From Ascoidea asiatica JCM 7603 (taxonomy: Eukaryota > Fungi > Ascomycota): a stretch of DNA of 27,326 bases. Both the position numbers and the translations under genes were made by a program. The DNA lies in the NCBI GenBank assembly GCA_001600695.1, contig BCKQ01000008.1:134454-161779 (forward strand), given 5' to 3'. A model generated the notes under the pieces. It did not search any database. It worked only from the letters and a program-made list of their open reading frames with translations, and was not told where the DNA came from. Positions 1 through 10,617 of this stretch are shown in pieces (within the stretch, counting starts at the first letter, position 1; each line of letters begins with the position of its first letter).

Positions 1-438
1 TACTTTCCAAATTATCTCCTTGTAATACTTGTTTTTTAATAGTTTCTAAATTCTCACTGCCGATTAATCCTGCTCTTCTTAATGCATCCCATAATTCTTC
101 ATCTGTACTACCATCAAATGGATCTAAATTTTTCTTAATTGTACCTCTAAACAAAACTGGATCTTGTGGAATAATACTTAATTTACTTCTTAAATCTTTT
201 AATCCAATCTTGGAAATATCAATATCATCAATTAATATTCTTCCATTACTTAATTCACTTAATCTATATAATGCTGTCATTATACTGGATTTTCCTGCAC
301 CTGTTCTACCACAAATTCCAACTTTTTCAGACCCTTTGATATTAAATGTTAAATTTTTTAAAACCAATGGTAATCCTTCTCTATATCTAAGATCTGCTTC
401 TTCAAATTTAAGTGATCCAGTAATTGGCCAATTTTCAT
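1..438. repeat. Left arm of a perfect 438-bp inverted repeat (partner 26889-27326)
   Basis: Line-by-line comparison shows 1-438 equals the reverse complement of 26889-27326 (i+j=27327). The first mismatch is at 439/26888. Shadow ORFs 210..491(+) and 26833..27117(-) translate identically over this span. Confidence 0.98.
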
Positions 439-3400
439 TAGGTATCATTGAATTAAAATTATATGATTTTTCTTCTTGTGGTAAATCATAAGCATAATGA
501 ATTATTCTTTCAATTGCATTCATTTCATTTTCAACTTGAGTAATAGATTTAACAACAAGTGGTAATATACCTGCTATATAAATTATATTACTTAATAATA
601 ATCCTGTTGATGATGCACTAATTTTAAATTCTCCTGTAATACAAAGTATTGAAATTATTAATGTTATTGTAGTTGTAATAATATTTAAATTAACACCTAA
701 CCATCTTTGTGTTGAAACAACTACATAATATGCTTCATTCATTAAATTTATATTCTCTTCAATTTTTTTTGAAAAATCTTCAATAACTTTATATGCTTTA
801 ATTGTATCTTTACCTGAAAGACTTTCATTAAAATTATTATAAACTAATGATCTATTTAATGCTTCTAATCTTTTAATTTCTCTTGCTGATGCTTGATAAA
901 ATGAACTTATACATATAAATAATATTATTAAAAAAAATAATCCAATGCCAAACCATGGTAAATAAATTATACATAAAATTAGTGATCCAATGAAATTAAG
1001 TGTATAAACTAATGCTAATCTTAATTGTTCTCCAAGTTCATTATCAATACTATCTGTATCTTTTGTAAATCTATTAAGAATTCTACCCATTGGGGTTGTA
1101 TCAATATATGACATTGGTGAATATAATATTTTTTCAATTGCCTTTATTATTAAATTTCTTGCTGCAATATTATTAACATATAATATCATGATAAAACATC
1201 CAGTTACTGATATTATACGAAAAAATACTAAAATAACATAGATTCCAATGTAAATATTATTTGAAATTGAAAATTTTTTTCCTGTCCAAAATGATAACCA
1301 AGTATTCAAGAAAATATATGTAAATGTTTGAAATAATAATAAAAAAATTAAAATTGGTAATGTTCTAAATTTGAAAATTCCTGATCCTGCTTTTATATAT
1401 CTTAAATAAACTTTTGAGGATATTTTATTTACTGCTCTTTCTTCTTCAACAATATGTCCATCTATTTGACTATTATGAAATCCATTAACTTTTTTCAAAT
1501 TTTTTTTATTTGATTCATTTTCTTCAATTATTTCAATAATTTCATCATTTTTGTTACTATTTTCATTATCAATAGTTAACTGAGTATTGAATGTCATCAA
1601 TTTAACAAAATCGGGACATTTGGATTTAACTTCTTCTAATGTACCTAATACAAGTCCACCTTTACCATCTAAGAATATAATTCTATCTGCATAATCAATT
1701 AATGATAATTGATGAGTGGCTAAGACTCTAGTTTTATGTTTTAAAGTCCCTAAGATACAATTTTTCATAATATATTCTCCAACTTTAGCATCAACTGCAC
1801 TTAAAACATCATCCATTAAAATAATATTTTTATCTTTAAAAACTGCTCTAGCTAAATTAATCCTAGCTTTTTGACCTCCTGATAAGGTAATACCTCTTTC
1901 ACCGATTTCAGTATTATCACCAGCTATCATTGATTGTAAATCTGGTTCCAAACAACATGATTTTATTACATTTTCATATTTAGTTTTATCAAATTTTTCT
2001 CCAAATAATATATTATCTTTTACAGATGCATTTTGAATCCATGGATATCCAGATAATAATAAAGAATCATTAATTTTCAAAATACCATTTTCTTTATTCA
2101 TCATTCCTGCTAAAGCAGATAATAATGAAGATTTTCCAGAACCAATGAATCCAGTTACAATAATAAATTCTCCCTTTTGAATATTTAAATTAATATTCAT
2201 TAAGCCTGGAAATGAAGATGAATCTATTTTTGAAGATTCAATTTCATTTTCTGAATTACTTTTATCAAATTGAATTTCGGATATAATAATCTTATCTTCA
2301 GGTTTTCCATTACTATTTAAGTTATTCCCATCTTTATTATTATTATCATCATCATTATTATTATCATCATTATCATTGATATTATTTTGATCAATTTGAA
2401 ATTTCTCATAAGAAGTTGAAGCCCATTTAAAATTTGCATCTTTAACTTGAATTGCCATATTTGAATCTAAAATAAAATTTGAAAATTTTTCTTGATTTAA
2501 TTCATTATTTGAATAAGAAATTTCTTCTTCTGAATTCAAAAATTCAATAACTCTTTCTAAAGCAATTTTTGCATCAATTCAAGTTGAAATTGAATTTGGA
2601 ATAATTGTAATTAATTCAGTAATAGTTTCAAATAAAGCAAGAGAAGAAAAAATACTTGCAGGATCATTATTATTATTATTAGTTTTAAAAATTGTGATAA
2701 ATGATAACATTGAAGAAATTGAAGGTGAAGAAGTTGCAATAGAAACAAAAAAACTTCTAATTAATTGAATTTTAAAAATTTGTTTTGATTCATTTTTTCT
2801 TGCATTAATAATTTTTTTTTTATATGGAATTTCCCAAGTACAATATTTTATCATTTTAATTGAATTTAAAATTTCTCTAATTACATTAATTCTTTTATCA
2901 GTAAATTTATTTGTTTTTTTTCTATAATTTATTAAAAGTTTTGATAAAAAAGTTGTTAAAATCATTGAGATTATAAAAAATCCAATACCAACTAATGAAG
3001 GTATTATACCAATATTTAAAATAATTAAAATTAAAGGTAAAATAATTATTGGTAAAGCAAAAATATATGGTTGAAGAGAAATAGCATAATCAATTCTTGA
3101 TAAATCAGTACCAATTAAAGAATTTATATAACCATTTGAAAATTTTAAATTTGAATTTAAATTTGAATTTAATTTAAAAGATTTGTCAAAAATTAATTTT
3201 GTTAAAATTGATTTAATTTGAATACCAATAATCATTGAATTAAAAAGTAAATGATTTTGAAAAATACCATTAAAGAAAATTAATAAAGTTAAAATAATTG
3301 AATAAATTAAACCATTTGAAATTTTTAAAGAATTATTAATTGATTTATTTGAAACAAAATTTATTAATATTTTAATAATTATTGGAGTTATTGAATCAAT

Positions 3401-3928
3401 TAAAAATGATAAAATTGAATAAATTATTGCTAAAATATATTTTTTTTTAAAAGTTTTAAATAAAGATATAATAAAAATTTTTAAATTAATTTTTTTTAAA
3501 TTTAATTGATTTGAATTTGAATTTATTTCATTAATTAAAATATTATTGAATTTTTTATATAAATAATTAATTTTTAAATCATTTGATAAATACCATAAAT
3601 CATTATTTGTTAAGGTTCTTTTATAACCAGTTAACATTATTGGATGTAACCACCAAAAGAAAATATAATTTAACCAACTACAATTATTCATTGGAATTTT
3701 TTTTCTTTCATCATTTGAAGGAATTGAAGGAACTTTTTTTGAAATAAAAATTGATAAAATATGATTTTGAAAAGAATATAAATTTTGATTTGGAGATTGA
3801 TTATTATAAATTTCAATATTATTTAATTTATTATAACCATTTTCAATATCATTTGAATAATTTTTTTCAATTTCATTATCTTCTTCATTTTGTTTATTAT
3901 TTGATTTAATTGAATGACATTTAACCAT
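1..3928 (-). pseudogene. YOR1: YOR1-like short-type ABCC transporter, copy L, interrupted by one in-frame TGA at 2581-2579 and truncated by the window edge in NBD2
   Basis: ORF 3928-2579 encodes the N-terminus and TMD1 (FFWWLHPIMLTGYKRTL, GTDLSRID). Manual translation past the TGA stays open to base 1: NBD1 Walker A GFIGSGKS, LSGGQKARINLARA, ILMDDVLSAVDA, TMD2 (DTTPMGRILNRFTKDTD) and NBD2 Walker A GRTGAGKS. Pseudogene status is inferred from the stop only. Confidence 0.85.
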
Positions 3929-4795
3929 TTTTTATATAATCACAATTTCAATTGAAGAAATAAATTTAAATTATATAAAAAGAGAAGGAATCTGAAGTAG
4001 ATATATACTGTATACTTTTCAGCTCATTATTCGACTACATCTTTTATTTTCTTTTTTCCTTTTTGAAATTTTTCTCTTTCTAACAGAATATCAAGTAATT
4101 CAAAGAATAATCCCATAAGCAATGAAAAAATATTATTAATTTCCTTTAAATTAATTGAGATTGATTTATTTCAAAAATTTAGAATGAGATAGTTGAATAA
4201 ATCGGTGGGTTTTTTCAATAATTTTATATGGAAATTGAGCCGGTTTAAAATTCGAAATTTTAAGTTTGGAGTTTTGAAATTATCATCTTTAAATCACTAA
4301 ATCATTGAATACTTAAACCATTGGAGTCTTTAGCTGAAATATATAAACATTTGGAATGTGAAGATTGTGAATTGATTGAGTATTATTTTAATTGATTTTA
4401 TTCTGCTTCTTTTGTTTGTTTATTTTCATTTTGCTTTGTGGCAGGCAGCGGAGTCTAAACAAAGGGACGGTGTCTGGTGAATACAGGGACAGATGTAGGG
4501 GCAAGGTTGCAAATATAGGACAATCAATTACGCCAGTTTTGTGGGACTTCTTTTAAACGGATTTAATAAAACCGTAGCGTGGATTGATATTTGAAGGATG
4601 CGGAAATGCATTGAAAACTTGAATGAAATATAATGAAATCTAACGAAATATAATAAAAGAATAAAAGAATGAAATAATGAAATAATCGAATATAATCGAG
4701 AATGAATATAAACTGGATATAGAATAGTCAAGTAGATAACTATTCACTACATAATATAGACTAATATATACTCAAATACAAAATACTTCAAGAAA

Positions 4796-5254
4796 ATGTC
4801 ATCTCGAGGTGGTCAAGCAGCTAAAAATGTATTAGTCAAACTAATAGTTGGTGCAGGAAAAGCTGCTCCATCTCCTCCTGTTGGTCCTGCTTTAGGTTCA
4901 AAAGGTGTAAAAGCAATTGATTTTTGTAAAGAATTTAATGCAAGAACTTCTAAATATACTGTAGATATACCAATACCAGTAATAATTACTATAAAACCAG
5001 ATAGATCTTTTAATTTTGAAATTAAATCTCCTTCAACTACTTATCTTTTAAAAAAAGCTTCTGGAATTGAAAAAGGTGCTGAAAAAGTAAATAAACTTGA
5101 AAATAAATTTATTGGTAAAATTTCTTTAAAACATATTTATGAAATTGCAAAAATTAAAAAAAGTGATCAAAGACATGAAAATTTACAATTACAAGGAATT
5201 TGTAAATCTGTTATTGCAACTGCTGATTCTATGGGTATTCAAGTTATTCCATAA
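4796..5254 (+). CDS. MRPL19: Mitochondrial ribosomal protein uL11m
   Basis: L11 motifs [51 protein letters not shown] and [13 protein letters not shown]. Confidence 0.95.
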   Translation: MSSRGGQAAKNVLVKLIVGAGKAAPSPPVGPALGSKGVKAIDFCKEFNARTSKYTVDIPIPVIITIKPDRSFNFEIKSPSTTYLLKKASGIEKGAEKVNKLENKFIGKISLKHIYEIAKIKKSDQRHENLQLQGICKSVIATADSMGIQVIP

Positions 5255-5516
5255 TCATTATTCTTCAATTTCCAATAAACAACTTGTATATACCAATTTT
5301 TTTTTCATCTTTATATAATATAATTCTTAAATAAACTAATCATATATTTATTGTATTGTAATGTAATGTATTATATCGTATAAAAATTAATGAAAAAAGA
5401 AAAATCAAAAAAAAAAGAAAACTGTAGGAAAAGAGTAAACATTTAATAGAAAAAGTATAACTTAAAATTTATATAAAAATTTAAAATCAAAATAAACAAG
5501 TAAACAAACAAATAAA

Positions 5517-5544
<28 letters not shown>
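5517..5544. repeat. (TAAG)7 microsatellite in the convergent MRPL19/NPR1 3' region
   Basis: Read directly from the sequence. Confidence 0.9.
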
Positions 5545-5548
<4 letters not shown>

Positions 5549-5839
5549 TAAGTATATAAATAAACAAATAAATATATAAATAAATAGGTAGATGATCTTA
5601 AATAAAAAGTTAAATAGATTTGATAAATAATGAAAAAAAAATTTGGTTCACTAATAAAATAATGAATGAGTGATTTACTATTCACAATAAAAAAAATAAA
5701 TAAGTAAATAAATAAATAGATAATTGAAAAATGAAAAAAAAAGTTAATAAGTAATAATTATTATATATATAAATAATGAAATAATAAACTGCAAAGCAAA
5801 TTTATATGCAAAAATTCTAATTAAATTTAATTTCCCCTT

Positions 5840-8800
5840 TTATCTTCTACCATTATTTTTTTTTTTCTCTAAAAATGCAATATGAGCTTCAGTTTGATCA
5901 ACATGAGTATGCTCATGATTTTTACCTTTAATTAATTCTGGTAATGGAATTGTTCCAATATTAGAATATTTATTTGGTAAATTATAATATTCTGATTCTT
6001 CATCATAATGACACATTTCAATTGAATTTAACCATGAATCTTTAAAAATTTCATCAATATTACAACGACATGCTGGTGCTAATTCAACCATCTTACAAAC
6101 TAATGGTCTACAATATTCTGGTAATGCTAATAATAATCTATTTTCTCCTGTTATATTTGGTTTATGCATTTTTGATCCAATTCCTCCACCAGTATTATTA
6201 TTATTATTATTATTATTATTGTTGTTGTTGTTGTTGTTATTACTAACATTATTACTACTATTATGATGTCTTACTGATTGTGGTTTTGAATTTGAATTTG
6301 AATTTGAATGAGAATTAGAATTAGAATTAGAATTAGGAATTGCAGGTTGTGGTTTATTTTGAATTTGATTTTGAGAATGATGTGTTGAAGATTCTGGTGT
6401 TGTTAAAGGTGTTTCATTACTAGAATTATTTGATGAAGATCCTGATTTTTTATTACCTGATGATGATCCATTAAGTAAACTATCAATATTATCATGTTTA
6501 TGTGAAGGTATTTGAACTCCTTTATTTGATAATATTTGAACTTCTAAATCACTTGTACCTGATTTTATAGTTTCTAATGGTGTACCAACATTTGATTCAT
6601 GATATGATGGTGGTGGTGGAGATTTTTTTAATAATGAATTTAAAGTTTCTCCATTACCTCTTGTTGCAAACATTTTAAAAGATTGATCAGTTAATTTTGG
6701 TACTTTCCATGGAAATTTTCTTAACATCATACATGAAAAAATCATTGCTGCAGACCAAATATCAACAGCTCTTGGATCATATTTTTGAAATACAACGACT
6801 TCTGGTGCTAAATATGGATCTGATCCAACAATACCACTTGCTTCAATAATTTTTGAAGAAAATGGATATGAAAATACAACTGAAGAACCAAAATCAATAA
6901 TTTTTAATATACCATTTTTCATTATACAACAATTATCTAATTTTAAATCTCGATGAGCTAAACCTAAATGATGTAAATATCTTATACCAGATAATAATTG
7001 TTTAAAACAACAATTAATTTCATCCACAGACATTTTACCAGACATAACAATTGCAAATAAATCATAATCACAATATTCCATAACTTGATAAATTTTATCA
7101 TTTTCATAACAAATTTCAACAGTTTCAATAATATTTTGATGATTTAATGTTGAACCAATACAATATTCACCAGTAATTTTTTTTGTATATTCTCTTTTAC
7201 TTTCATTTGTAAATCTTGATCTAAATTCTTTTACAGCAAATAATCTTTTATCATAAATTCTTTTAATTAATTTTACATTACCACCAGCACCAGCACCTAA
7301 AGATTCACCAACTTTACCATATCTTTTTGAAAATGGTAAAATTTGTTGTTGATGTTGAATAATTTTATCTTGATTTGGATTAATATATTGATTAGCATAA
7401 GATTCTGGATTATTATTAATAAGATTATTATTAGTTGCTAAAGATCTTGCGGAAGAAACACTTGGAGAATAATTAATTTGTGGAGAAGATGATTGATTTG
7501 AAGTATCTAAATAATTATTGAAATGATTATTATTTGAATTTTTTTTAAAAAATCTTTTTAAATCAGCCATTGAAGAATGTCTTGAGAATGAAAAAGATCT
7601 TTTTGAATCTGCAATTGATCTTGTATCATTTGTATAACTATTATCCATATTATTTATAGGAGAATTTGAATTACTATTATTATTAATATTATTATTATTA
7701 TTATTATTTGAAGGAGAATTATTATATAATTGAGACATATCAACAGAAGAAGATTTTCTTGAAGATCTCGAAAAAAAATTAACTAAAGAAGAATGAGAAG
7801 CAGATCTTGAATTATGATTAATAATATTTATATTTGAATTACTATGATTATTATTATTATTATTATTTAAAGGAAATTGATTTGTCAGTAAAAGATCTTT
7901 ATCATTATTATCAAAAGAATTTGAAATTGAATTTGAATTTGAATTTGAGATTGAATTTGAAATTGAGAAATTTAAATTACTTGAAGAATAAGATTGATGA
8001 ATTGAATTAATTTTTTGTTTAGTTATAATAAATCTTGAATCTATTGAATTTGTATCTAAAACTTTTGGAGAAGTTATTTGATTTGTATTAATTATATTAC
8101 CATTTGAGGGTAAATCTAGATTATATAAAGAATTATTATCAGATTTTTGAATTGAAGTTGAAGTTGAAGTTTTATTATTATTATTGGTGTTGTTATTATT
8201 ATTATTATCAGAAATATTTATATTAATATTATTTTTAATTGAATTATCAATTTTATTATTTGAATAAGGTATTGAATATGGTAAATTAGTTGATAAAGGA
8301 GAAGAAGAATAAAAATTTAAAGAAGAATTTGATTTTTTTATTGATCTTTTATTAATTAATTGATTATTACTTGTAGTATAATTATTATTACTATTATTAT
8401 TTAAATTATTGTTTAAATTATTATTATTACTATTATTATTATTTGTTATTATTATATTTTTAGTATATAGTTTATTATTATTGTTATTATTAGTACTGTA
8501 ATTAATATTTATTGATTGATTATTATTTGAGGAAATAACTTTTGATGGAACCTTTGATGGAATTTTTGTTGGAATCTTTGAAGAAACTTTTGAATTTAAT
8601 TTTTCTTTTAAAGTTGATTTTGTATTGTTATTATTATTATTAATGTTCTTATTTTTATTTAAATTTTTGATTTTGATTTTATTTTTTAAATTTAAATTCA
8701 AAGAAGAATTTGATTTTTTATGTACATTGTTATTGTTATTGTTATTGTTATTGTTATTGTTATCTATATCATTATCATTATCGATATCATTATTTGAATC

Positions 8801-8926
8801 TATTGAGATTGTAGTTGTTATTATATTATTATTTATATTACTATTACTTATATTATTAGATATATTATTTTCTTTGATTAATCTTGTTAAGGAAGAAACA
8901 GATTGAGTTTTGATTTCAGTTGACAT
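5840..8926 (-). CDS. NPR1: Nitrogen permease reactivator Ser/Thr kinase (Npr1/Prr2 family) with a long Asn/Ser-rich N-terminus
   Basis: Kinase motifs [30 protein letters not shown] and [12 protein letters not shown]. The N-terminal SSLTRL and C-terminal [18 protein letters not shown] match Npr1 termini as I recall them. It is adjacent to MRPL19, as in S. cerevisiae. Confidence 0.92.
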   Translation of the reverse strand: MSTEIKTQSVSSLTRLIKENNISNNISNSNINNNIITTTISIDSNNDIDNDNDIDNNNNNNNNNNNNVHKKSNSSLNLNLKNKIKIKNLNKNKNINNNNNNTKSTLKEKLNSKVSSKIPTKIPSKVPSKVISSNNNQSININYSTNNNNNNKLYTKNIIITNNNNSNNNNLNNNLNNNSNNNYTTSNNQLINKRSIKKSNSSLNFYSSSPLSTNLPYSIPYSNNKIDNSIKNNININISDNNNNNNTNNNNKTSTSTSIQKSDNNSLYNLDLPSNGNIINTNQITSPKVLDTNSIDSRFIITKQKINSIHQSYSSSNLNFSISNSISNSNSNSISNSFDNNDKDLLLTNQFPLNNNNNNNHSNSNINIINHNSRSASHSSLVNFFSRSSRKSSSVDMSQLYNNSPSNNNNNNNINNNSNSNSPINNMDNSYTNDTRSIADSKRSFSFSRHSSMADLKRFFKKNSNNNHFNNYLDTSNQSSSPQINYSPSVSSARSLATNNNLINNNPESYANQYINPNQDKIIQHQQQILPFSKRYGKVGESLGAGAGGNVKLIKRIYDKRLFAVKEFRSRFTNESKREYTKKITGEYCIGSTLNHQNIIETVEICYENDKIYQVMEYCDYDLFAIVMSGKMSVDEINCCFKQLLSGIRYLHHLGLAHRDLKLDNCCIMKNGILKIIDFGSSVVFSYPFSSKIIEASGIVGSDPYLAPEVVVFQKYDPRAVDIWSAAMIFSCMMLRKFPWKVPKLTDQSFKMFATRGNGETLNSLLKKSPPPPSYHESNVGTPLETIKSGTSDLEVQILSNKGVQIPSHKHDNIDSLLNGSSSGNKKSGSSSNNSSNETPLTTPESSTHHSQNQIQNKPQPAIPNSNSNSNSHSNSNSNSKPQSVRHHNSSNNVSNNNNNNNNNNNNNNNNTGGGIGSKMHKPNITGENRLLLALPEYCRPLVCKMVELAPACRCNIDEIFKDSWLNSIEMCHYDEESEYYNLPNKYSNIGTIPLPELIKGKNHEHTHVDQTEAHIAFLEKKKNNGRR

Positions 8927-9543
8927 TATTAAATTAGATATTATATATTAATTAGGGATATTAGAAATTAGATATTAGATATTCTAGTATATTATATTTA
9001 AATATTATAAGTATAATGTATGATATATGATATATGATAGATATAATGTATAATATATAATAGTAAGTGGTCTTATAGATTATAGATTATAATTATACTG
9101 TAGATAAGAAATTTTAAGTGAATAAAAAATGAAAATAGTGTCAATTTTGAGAATTAATAAGAATAAGAATAGGAATATAAATGATAGAAGTTATAAATTT
9201 TATAAAAAAGATAAATAGAATATCATAATATATTCGATATTGATATTGATATTGATATGTTTATTTTATTCTATTTTAATTTGATTGATAATTGATATTT
9301 TGATATTTTGATAATCTAAAGTTATAAGAGTAGCAATTTGAAATTTATATAAGGAGAATGATTATTTTGATATAGTATTATAGCAATATTTGATTAATAG
9401 AAATTAATATCCATTATTTTGAAATCAATGTTTATAATTTCACATTCAATATTTTATATAATCTATTTTGTAATTGATATATTTGATTATCTTTACAGTC
9501 TTTGCTGTTTTTATTATCTTGTTTAATATATTTGATATTTGAT

Positions 9544-9603
9544 ATATTTGATATTATATTTGATATTATATTTGATATTATATTTGATATTATATTTGAT
9601 ATT
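9544..9603. repeat. 12-bp minisatellite (ATATTTGATATT)x5 upstream of NPR1
   Basis: Five perfect tandem copies read directly. Confidence 0.9.
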
Positions 9604-9639
9604 CAGTATTTAATAGGTGATTTGGAGTATTTGATAGGT

Positions 9640-10330
9640 GACTGCCGTTCTTGGTTAGTTAACAGTAGCAGAGGAGTAGTACTAAAGGCAGTGTTTGTCG
9701 GCGTGGGAGCGAGAATGAGCAGCGAGAATTGAGAAAACAAAGCAACAGGAGCAAATGGCTCTGGGACAGGATCGGCACCAGCACGCACCAGCCACTGGCA
9801 AGCAGTGCACCGGCAGCAGCAGGCAAGTCACGGTCACGTGCTATTATATTCTATTGAAATTCCGGAACTGTTACCTCGGATATTGGCCAGTGCTGTACCA
9901 GCATATTATTCCCCGGTGATGTCCCTGTAAAACACAGAATTCACCACGACATCCAAGCTAACATACCTGCCAATACACGTATTTCCCGGCAGAGCACCAG
10001 CCCTGTTCCTTTTTGAGCAGTATTCAATTGCTTCATTGTTGCTGACAACTCGGTGTGTTCACCCGCCGCTTTCTTGGCCAGCTGAAACTGCCTCACTGCA
10101 AACAAGGGCGCACCGGGACAAACCACTGAATGAACCAGGACATTTCAAGACACTCTCTGCTCGGAGCACTTCCCGGTTGGGCAATCTTGCAACCACACTC
10201 CGAAAGCTGCGCACACGTTGCCGGCAGCCAATCAGCACGCCGTGCCAGCTTCCGGCGATTGCAGACGGCGTGTGCCTTCTTCTGATTCGTCACTCCCGGC
10301 TCTTTTTTCTTATCGCGCATCACCAAACCT
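9640..10330. promoter_or_regulatory. GC-rich intergenic island, probable NPR1 upstream regulatory region, containing GTCACGTG at 9833-9840
   Basis: Abrupt GC rise against the AT-rich background, many CGG/CCG triplets and a bHLH (Cbf1-type) E-box. The function is inferred. Confidence 0.45.
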
Positions 10331-10617
10331 TGATTCCAGAAGCTTCGTTTCACTTTTTTTTTCTTTTCTTTTCTTTCTTTCTTTCTTTCTTTCTTTGCTG
10401 CTACAAACCTTCCAAAGGAGTCCCAAATTTCTGGTCTCTTTTGAGTTTTTAAAAAAATTACACTGCATACAAACAGTTTACTCTAACACGACCCTGCATT
10501 ATCCCAATTAGGAAATTCGTACTTTTCTTCTCTTATATCCATTTATTCATTCATTTTTATTCTTATATATTTTATAATTAAAAAAAAAAACCCCATTGAT
10601 CGAAACTTTTTAAACCA

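Noticed and set aside
210-491. Antisense or off-frame ORFs over real genes (210-491, 8625-8906, 14684-14959, 17274-17644, 18560-18832, 20630-22366, 23118-23708, 26833-27117)
   Set aside because: They are shadows of the transporter, kinase and PLB frames or of AAT microsatellites.
2579-2581. TGA reassignment (Trp or selenocysteine) or an alternative genetic code
   Set aside because: The aligned residue is Ser in both paralogues, Trp is encoded by TGG throughout, and no other in-frame TGA occurs in the genes. The CTG codons I noticed are few and in unconserved regions, so CUG-clade status cannot be judged.
4528-5685. ORFs 4528-4731 and 5443-5685
   Set aside because: Low-complexity intergenic sequence. 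The second is generated by TAAA/TAAG repeats.
9833-9870. Point centromere (CDEI GTCACGTG followed by TTCCGGAA)
   Set aside because: The AT-rich spacer is only about 20 bp and there is no proper CDEIII consensus. It is better read as a Cbf1-type promoter site.
9502-10511. Short overlapping ORFs in the GC island (9502, 9603, 9941, 10036, 10093, 10218), and similarly at 19613-19973 and 22677-22901
   Set aside because: These are expected from stop-codon scarcity in GC-rich patches. Their composition is unlike the real genes, several use non-ATG starts, and they show no motifs.
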